NCBI GenBank assembly: GCA_964449915.1
Contig: CAYVCE010000171.1
Coordinates: forward strand, 1 to 54,995
Length of the DNA: 54,995 nucleotides
Direction: 5' to 3'
Source of the DNA: an uncultured Steroidobacteraceae bacterium
GTDB lineage: Bacteria > Chloroflexota > Limnocylindria > QHBO01
The notes below the pieces were generated by a model, which ran no database searches, had not been told where the DNA came from, and saw nothing but the letters and a program-made list of their open reading frames with translations. Below are positions 49,166 to 54,995 of this stretch, piece by piece; the stretch's first letter is position 1, and each line of letters opens with the position of its first letter. A program made the position numbers and the translations under genes.

Positions 49166-49918
49166 TCAGACGCCGGCGTCGGGAACACCCACCTCGGCGG
49201 GCTCACGCACTGCGGGTGTCGGGTGTCCGCGGAGACCGGCCGAGACGGCCCGTCGCTGGATGACGGCGAACGCAAGCTCCGTGCCGATCGACAGCGCCGC
49301 CACGATGAGCGCACCAGCGAAGACCTCCTCCTCCTTGCGCTGCGCGATGCCGTCGATGATGTAGCGGCCGAGGCCCCCCGTGCCGAACACCGCGCCGAGC
49401 GTGGCGGTGGCCACGACCTGCACGGCCGCCGTCCGCACGCCCGCCAGGATCACCGGCAGCGCGAGCGGGATCTCGACCCGACGGAGCACATGGAGCCCCG
49501 TCATGCCCATGCCACGTGCCGCCTCGATCAGCTCGCGCTCGACCTCGCTGATGCCGACGTAGGCGTTCGTGACGATCGGCGGGATGGCGAGTGCGGCCAT
49601 GGCGACCATGGTCGAGATCTCGCCGGCCTCGCGTCGCAGGCCGATGTCCACCAGCCAGCGGTTCAGCAGCATGGCCGCCAGCGCCATGATCGCCAGCGAC
49701 GGGACGGCTCGACCGATGTTCGACACGTTCACGGCCAGGCCGGCGAAGCGGCCGGTGTGGCCGACCCAGGCCGCCAGCGGCAGGCCGATGAGCAGCGCGA
49801 CGACGAGTGGCACCACCGACAGCAGGAGGTGCTCGGCCAGGCGGATCGGGATCCCGTCGTCGCCGCTCCAGTTGACCGGGTCGGTGAACCACCCGACGAC
49901 GGCGCCGACGAACTCCAT
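49166..49918 (-). CDS. osmoprotectant ABC transporter permease
   Basis: 250 aa, EAA-type loop LIEAARGMGMTGLHVLRRVEIP. Confidence 0.85.
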   Translation of the reverse strand: MEFVGAVVGWFTDPVNWSGDDGIPIRLAEHLLLSVVPLVVALLIGLPLAAWVGHTGRFAGLAVNVSNIGRAVPSLAIMALAAMLLNRWLVDIGLRREAGEISTMVAMAALAIPPIVTNAYVGISEVERELIEAARGMGMTGLHVLRRVEIPLALPVILAGVRTAAVQVVATATLGAVFGTGGLGRYIIDGIAQRKEEEVFAGALIVAALSIGTELAFAVIQRRAVSAGLRGHPTPAVREPAEVGVPDAGV

Positions 49919-49921
49919 CGG

Positions 49922-50566
49922 TCAGACCGCCCGCCGAGCCGCCCACGGCGTCAGGACGCGCTGGAGCAGCACGAACCCGCGGTCGGCAAGGACGGCCAGC
50001 AGGATCGCGCCGATGGTGCCGGCGATGGTCGCCGTCAGGTTGAAGCGACGGTAGCCGAGCTCGATGATCACGTACCCGAGGCCGCCGAGCCCGATGAGCG
50101 CGGTGACCGTGACGAGGCCGATGATGGTGACCGTCGCGATCCGCATGCCGGCCACGATGACCGGCAGCGCGATCGGCAGCTCGACCCGCCACAGGCGCTG
50201 CGCGGGGGTGTATCCCATGCCGTCGGCTGCCTCGAGGACGTCGGGCGGCACGCCGTCGAACCCGGCAAGGAAGTTCCTGACCAGGATCAGGATCGTGTAC
50301 GAGACCAGCGCGATCTCTGCGGCCAGCAGGCTCTGCGGGCCGGTGAACGGGATCAGCAGGGCGAACAGCGCCAGGCTCGGGATCGCGTACAGCGTTCCGC
50401 TGACGGCCAGGATCGGCCCGTGCAGGAATCGGCGGCTGCGGATCCAGAGCGCGAGCCCGAAGCTGATCGCCGAGCCGATTCCGATCGCGAGCACGGTCAT
50501 CACTACGTGGTCGAGCGTGCGCAGCGCGAGGTCGTCGAGGTTGCGACCGAGCCACGCCCAGTCCAT
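49922..50566 (-). CDS. osmoprotectant ABC transporter permease
   Basis: 214 aa, EAA-type loop VLEAADGMGYTPAQRLWRVELP. One-base overlap (TGATG) with the ATPase stop. Confidence 0.85.
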   Translation of the reverse strand: MDWAWLGRNLDDLALRTLDHVVMTVLAIGIGSAISFGLALWIRSRRFLHGPILAVSGTLYAIPSLALFALLIPFTGPQSLLAAEIALVSYTILILVRNFLAGFDGVPPDVLEAADGMGYTPAQRLWRVELPIALPVIVAGMRIATVTIIGLVTVTALIGLGGLGYVIIELGYRRFNLTATIAGTIGAILLAVLADRGFVLLQRVLTPWAARRAV

Positions 50567-51771
50567 CAGGCGACCGTCTCGCCCACCGGGTGTTCGGTGC
50601 CGTCGGCCGACGCGACCGGTGCACGGAGTGCCTCGCCGATGGCGTCGACGCTGACGAGGCCGATGACGCGCTCGCGGTCGTCGACCACCACGCCGAGCTG
50701 GACCGACGAGCCGAGGAGCGCGGAGAGCGCGTCGCGCAGTGTCGTCTCGCGCTCAACGGTCGGCGCGCCGGGCGTTGCGGCATCGGCGCTGATCGGGCCG
50801 TCTCCGGCCAGGTCGGCCTGGTCGATCCAGCCCAGCGGCCGGTCCTGGTCGTCGACGAGGAGCGCGTAGTCGAGCTCGTCGATGCGTGCCAGCCGACCCC
50901 GGACGTCGGCTCGGTTCTCGCCCGCCCGGACGGGAACCGCCTCGATGAGCTCGAGGTCGCCGACGCGGGCGAGCGACAGGCGCTTCAGGCCGCGATCGGC
51001 GCCGACGAAGCGCTCGACGAACTCCGACGCCGGGTGGGCCAGGATGGCGGCCGGCGTGTCGTACTGGGCCAGCACTCCGCCGCGCTGCAGGATGGCGATG
51101 CGGTCACCCATCTTGATCGCCTCGTCGACGTCGTGGGTGACGAAGATCACGGTCTTGCGCACCTTCTCCTGGAGGCGCAGGAACTCGTTCTGCAGCCGGT
51201 CGCGACGGATCGGGTCGACGGCGCCGAACGGCTCGTCCATCAGCATCACCGGCGGATCGGCCGCAAGGGCGCGAGCCACGCCGACGCGCTGGCGCTCGCC
51301 GCCGGAGAGCTCGTTCGGGTAGCGCGATCGGAACGTGCCCGGCTCGAGGCCGATGAGCTCGAGCAGCTCGTCGACCCGCTCGCGCACGCGTGCCGCCTCC
51401 CACTGCAGCAGCCGCGGCACGACGGCCACGTTGTCGCCGACCGTCAAGTGCGGGAACAGGCCGACCTGCTGGATCACGTAGCCGATGCGTCGCCGCAGCT
51501 GCACCGCCGGCAAACCCATGACGTCCTCGCCACCGATCGTGATGCGCCCACTCGTCGGCTCGATGAGCCGGTTCACCATCTTCATGGACGTCGTCTTGCC
51601 GCAGCCCGACGGGCCCACCAGCACGCAGATCTCGCCGGCCGGGATGCTCAGGCTGAGGTCGTTGACGGCCGGGACGCTGTCGGGGCCTCCGTAGCGCTTG
51701 GTGACGTGCTCGAATGCGACAACGGCGCCGGAGGCGTCCTGCATCGACCCATCATAGGGAGGCGCGGTCAT
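50566..51771 (-). CDS. osmoprotectant ABC transporter ATP-binding protein with tandem CBS domains (OpuCA/ProV-like)
   Basis: Walker A GPSGCGKTT, signature LSGGERQRVGVARAL, Walker B MLMDEPFGAVD, then a CBS-like C-terminal half. The start at 51771 overlaps the upstream stop (ATGA). Confidence 0.88.
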   Translation of the reverse strand: MTAPPYDGSMQDASGAVVAFEHVTKRYGGPDSVPAVNDLSLSIPAGEICVLVGPSGCGKTTSMKMVNRLIEPTSGRITIGGEDVMGLPAVQLRRRIGYVIQQVGLFPHLTVGDNVAVVPRLLQWEAARVRERVDELLELIGLEPGTFRSRYPNELSGGERQRVGVARALAADPPVMLMDEPFGAVDPIRRDRLQNEFLRLQEKVRKTVIFVTHDVDEAIKMGDRIAILQRGGVLAQYDTPAAILAHPASEFVERFVGADRGLKRLSLARVGDLELIEAVPVRAGENRADVRGRLARIDELDYALLVDDQDRPLGWIDQADLAGDGPISADAATPGAPTVERETTLRDALSALLGSSVQLGVVVDDRERVIGLVSVDAIGEALRAPVASADGTEHPVGETVA

Positions 51772-52979
51772 GCCACGAATTCGCCACGCAGGAACATGGT
51801 CGCCAGCACGCCGAGGAGGAGCACCGAGACGAGCAGCCATGCCCGCCGGAGCCAAGGGTGCTCGGTCAGGAGCGCGGCGACCACGAACACCGGGAACAGG
51901 ACCAGCACGTAGCGGGTCGTCGACGTGAGCGGTGTCGGCTGGATGCGGGTCGCGACCAGCAGCAGCGGCGGCCAGGCGTAGAGCGAGTAGGCCACCGGCA
52001 TGCGCCGCGCGCCGACGACGAGCAGTGCGGCCGCACCGAGCAGCGCCGCGAGGTTGAGCGCCTGTATCCAATCGGCGCGCTCGAAGATCCAGCCGACACT
52101 GGCTGCGACCACCGCCCACGGCGGGTGGAAGTCGGTCCCGCCCCACAGCGACTGCGCGTCGAACGGCGTCTCGCCGGTGAGGCTGAGCGCCACCAGCCCG
52201 TAGCCGACAAAGGCGGCGACCGGGGCCAGCACGGCGACCATGGCGGCCCCGTGGTGCCGAAGCGCTCGCGGGGATCGCAGCCCGCGCTGGCGGACCGCCA
52301 CGAACGCCTCCCAGGCCAGCGGGACCGCCAGCAGCAGGCCCTGGGCGCGAGTCAGCGCGGCGAGCGCGGCGCACAGCGCGGCCAGGAGCCACCGGCGCTG
52401 GCGGGCGAAGACGAGGGTCCATGCGGCGCAGGCCAGGAAGAGGGCCTCGGTGAAGGGCGCGAACAGGAAGAACGCGGCCGGGAACACCGACAGGGACAGG
52501 ACCGTGCGGCGGGCGATCACGCGCCCGTGGCTGTCGCCGACGAGCCGCAGCAGGGCGGCGATGGCCGCGACATAGGCGATCGCCGACACGATCATGCCGG
52601 CCACCGGGTAGGGGAGCGTGGTGAGCGCGCCCACCAGCCACAGCGCGGCGGGAACGAGCGGGAAGAACGCGACCGATCGCTCGCCCGGCTCGTAGCCGTA
52701 GGTCGCGATCTTCATGTACCAGCAGGCGTCCCAGCGCTCCCACACGCCGGCGAGCGCGAAGGCGGGGCCGTCCCGGAGCAGTTCGGGCATGGTCTGCCAG
52801 CCCGCCAGCGCCTCCTCGAAGTGACACGGCGAGGGCACGCCCTGCGTTGCCATGAACGCTCCGAGCAGCGATAGTCCGATGCGCAGCGCACCGAAGAGGA
52901 CCGCCGCCTCGACGACGAGCGTCGAGAGCCGGGGTCGTGCGCCGCTCGCCGGGCGTTCGTCGGTGTCGCGCATTGCCAC
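51768..52979 (-). CDS. GT-C-fold membrane glycosyltransferase (PIG-V / mannosyltransferase-like)
   Basis: About 400 aa with 9-10 TM helices. WERWDACWYMKIATYGY...VAFFPL resembles the PIG-V family N-terminal loop. Start at GTG 52979 or ATG 52973. Confidence 0.65.
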   Translation of the reverse strand: MAMRDTDERPASGARPRLSTLVVEAAVLFGALRIGLSLLGAFMATQGVPSPCHFEEALAGWQTMPELLRDGPAFALAGVWERWDACWYMKIATYGYEPGERSVAFFPLVPAALWLVGALTTLPYPVAGMIVSAIAYVAAIAALLRLVGDSHGRVIARRTVLSLSVFPAAFFLFAPFTEALFLACAAWTLVFARQRRWLLAALCAALAALTRAQGLLLAVPLAWEAFVAVRQRGLRSPRALRHHGAAMVAVLAPVAAFVGYGLVALSLTGETPFDAQSLWGGTDFHPPWAVVAASVGWIFERADWIQALNLAALLGAAALLVVGARRMPVAYSLYAWPPLLLVATRIQPTPLTSTTRYVLVLFPVFVVAALLTEHPWLRRAWLLVSVLLLGVLATMFLRGEFVA

Positions 52980-52999
52980 CGGAGCATGAGAGGGAGCCG

Positions 53000-54253
53000 A
53001 TGGTACCCAACGGAGCGGTCGCCGAGCGTGCGCCGGACACGCCAGTCGAGCGTGCGGCCGACCTCCCCGCGGATCGCAGCGGCCCGCTCGTCCCGATCGC
53101 GCTGGCGGCCTTCGCCGCGCTGCTCTACCTGTGGACCGTCTCCGAGCGCGTCGCGCTCGACAGCTTCCTGCCGCTGGCCGATGGATTCCTCCACGGCCGC
53201 CTGTACATCGACCAGCCGATGCCCTGGCTCGAGCTCGTGCCGCGCCCGGAGGGCGGCTTCTACCCGCCCTTCCCGCCGATGCCGGCCGTCGTCCTCGTTC
53301 CCCTCGTGGCGCTCTTCGGTGCGGGCTTCGACCAGGGCATCGCGACCGCCCTGTTCGGCGGCGCCAACGTGGCGCTGTTGTGGCTGCTCCTGCGCCGGGC
53401 CGGGGTGGCGTCGACTTCGGCAGGCTGGCTCACCGCGGCCTTCGCGGTCGGCAGCGTCCATTGGTGGGCCGCCGGGACCGGCACCGTCTGGCTGCACGCC
53501 CAGGTCGTGGCCGTCTTCTTCGCGCTCCTGGCGCTGCACCTCGCCGTCCGGCGGCGCTGGCCGCTGGTCGCCGGGCTGCTGCTCGGCTGCGCCGCGGCAT
53601 CGCGACTGCCGATGGGCCTCACCCTGCCGCTCTATGTCGCGCTGTTCATGAACGTGCGCTTCCCACCGTGGCCGCGGCGGCCTTCAGCGGCCGAGGTGCG
53701 CGCCGGCGCGCTGGTGGTCGCGGGACTCGCCATCCCGGCGGTCCTCGTGGCGGGCTACAACCTGGCGCGCTTCGGCTCGCCGTTCGACTTCGGCTACGCG
53801 CGGATCCCCGGCGTGCTCGACGAGCCGTGGTACGCGCGGGGCCTCCTGTCGATCGAGTACATCCCGCGCCACCTGCACCTCATCTTCATGCGCGGCTTCG
53901 ACTACGTCGACGCCTTCCCCTGGTTCCGGCCCAACTGGAGCGGGGCGTCCCTGGTGCTGACCATGCCGATCCTGCTGTGGCTGGTGAAGGCGCGCTCGGC
54001 GACGCCGCTCATCGCGTACGGCTGGATCGCGGTCGGTCTGGGCCTCCTGCCCGACCTGATGCACGGCGCGCCCGGCTTCGCCCAGCTCGGCTATCGGTTC
54101 ATCCTCGACGTGCTGCCGATCATGCTGCTCATGCTCGGCTGGGTGTTCCGCGAACGGATCTCGATCGAGGCGAGGGTCGCGATCGCGGTCGGCATCGCGG
54201 TCAACGCCTATGGCGTGTGGGCCGTGACGGTCGTCGATTTCGTGAGCTACTGA
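53000..54253 (+). CDS. GT-C-fold membrane glycosyltransferase (ArnT/GT39/GT83-like)
   Basis: ATG at 53000 after GAGAGGGAG. Multi-TM protein with an early extracytoplasmic loop and an acidic motif (LADGFLHGRLYID). Divergent from the other GT-C gene. Confidence 0.65.
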   Translation: MVPNGAVAERAPDTPVERAADLPADRSGPLVPIALAAFAALLYLWTVSERVALDSFLPLADGFLHGRLYIDQPMPWLELVPRPEGGFYPPFPPMPAVVLVPLVALFGAGFDQGIATALFGGANVALLWLLLRRAGVASTSAGWLTAAFAVGSVHWWAAGTGTVWLHAQVVAVFFALLALHLAVRRRWPLVAGLLLGCAAASRLPMGLTLPLYVALFMNVRFPPWPRRPSAAEVRAGALVVAGLAIPAVLVAGYNLARFGSPFDFGYARIPGVLDEPWYARGLLSIEYIPRHLHLIFMRGFDYVDAFPWFRPNWSGASLVLTMPILLWLVKARSATPLIAYGWIAVGLGLLPDLMHGAPGFAQLGYRFILDVLPIMLLMLGWVFRERISIEARVAIAVGIAVNAYGVWAVTVVDFVSY

Positions 54254-54257
54254 GAAC

Positions 54258-54943
54258 GTGAGGTCGTCGGCGGCCGCCGTCATGCTCGCGGCGGGCGGCA
54301 TCGGCATCGTCGTCCTGCTGGCCATCGCGGTGACGAGTGGGCTGAGCGACGAGTTCGACCGATCGATCATCGAGGTCGTCCGCGCGCGCGAGCTGCACGA
54401 CCTCCTGTCGCCACTGCGCGCGATCACCGAGCTCGGATCGACCGGAGCCGTCACGGTCGTGGCGCTACTGACGCTGCTGGTCGGCGTCCTCGTCGGGCCG
54501 TGGCTGCACGGGCTGATCGGCGCCATCCTCATCGGCCTCGCATCCGCCGGCAACGAAGCGCTCAAGGCGGTCATCGCGCGCGGGCGGCCCGACCTGCTGG
54601 ACCCGATCGTGGAGGAGCGCGGCTTCAGCTTCCCTTCCGGCCACTCCGCGCTCGGCATGGTCGCCTGGGGCGTGCTGGCCGTGCTGGTCATGCGCACGCG
54701 GCTGCCGCTCGTCGTGCGGCGCAGCGTGATCGCCGCGCTGGGCATCGTGGTCCTGCTGATCGGGCTGTCGCGGGTGTGGCTCGGGGTGCACTACCCGACC
54801 GACGTCCTCGCCGGCTGGACCGCCGGCGCGGTCTCGTGCTCCTCTACGCGCGCGTCACCCGCCGGGTGTCGCCTGAACCAGCCGCGGCAGCGGTTGACGC
54901 GGATCCAGGATCGCCACGATCCGATCCACCTGCGGCTGGGTGA
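54258..54943 (+). pseudogene. PAP2-family phosphatase (undecaprenyl-diphosphate/lipid phosphatase-like) with an apparent 1-nt frameshift near 54825-54836
   Basis: The frame from GTG 54258 gives KAVIARGRPD, FPSGHS and SRVWLGVHYPTDVLAGW (C1-C3 motifs). The expected last helix (LVLLYARVTRRV) and a stop at 54943 are only found in the +1 frame (track ORF 54500..54943). Confidence 0.55.
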
Positions 54944-54995
54944 GGCGCTCCTCGGCGGTGATCGTGCCGGCGATGCGGTCGGGGTCGTGCTCGAC
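54855..54995 (-). CDS. 3' end of an unidentified gene running off the window
   Basis: Open to the window edge. Translation ...VEHDPDRIAGTITAEERLTQPQVDRIVAILDPRQPLPRLVQATPGG, stop at 54855-54857. G/C-ending codons dominate. Confidence 0.35.
   Translation of the reverse strand, partial: VEHDPDRIAGTITAEERLTQPQVDRIVAILDPRQPLPRLVQATPGG

Overview
55-kb, roughly 70% G+C, densely packed bacterial chromosomal segment with Actinobacteria/Chloroflexi-like codon bias. I support about 58 protein-coding genes, one tRNA (Arg-TCT), one T-box leader, a few promoter, operator and terminator candidates, and some short coding tandem repeats. Many neighbouring genes share 1-nt or 4-nt start/stop overlaps (GTGA, ATGA, TGATG), so operons can be read directly from the sequence. 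I saw no rRNA, CRISPR array, transposase or integrase. Most very long ORFs in the six-frame track are Arg/Ala/Pro/Gly-rich antisense or out-of-frame shadows of real genes, as expected at this GC content. Recognisable content: a trp operon (trpD, a single-ORF TrpC-TrpF-TrpB fusion, trpA) behind a Trp-specific T-box; a polyamine-type and a betaine-type ABC transporter; an ICM-type acyl-CoA mutase large subunit; glutamate dehydrogenase; an MshC-like cysteine ligase; an acyl-CoA dehydrogenase; an FTR1 iron permease; and cell-envelope glycosyltransferases. The most unusual items are: (1) a coupled operon of a fatty-acid alpha-dioxygenase-like haem peroxidase, a small membrane protein and an FAD-linked oxidase; (2) a coupled cassette of a fused E1 TPP enzyme, a FabD-like acyltransferase, an AlkA-like glycosylase and a GT1 glycosyltransferase; (3) an 8-mer (GGTAAGCG-like) repeated three times with exact 11-bp phasing at four intergenic sites; (4) an XRE-HTH fused to a PD-(D/E)xK nuclease-like domain; (5) a repeat-rich RHH plus HARE-HTH-like protein. 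Start codons are my best choice and may be off by a few codons. All family calls come from motif recognition by eye, not from database searches.
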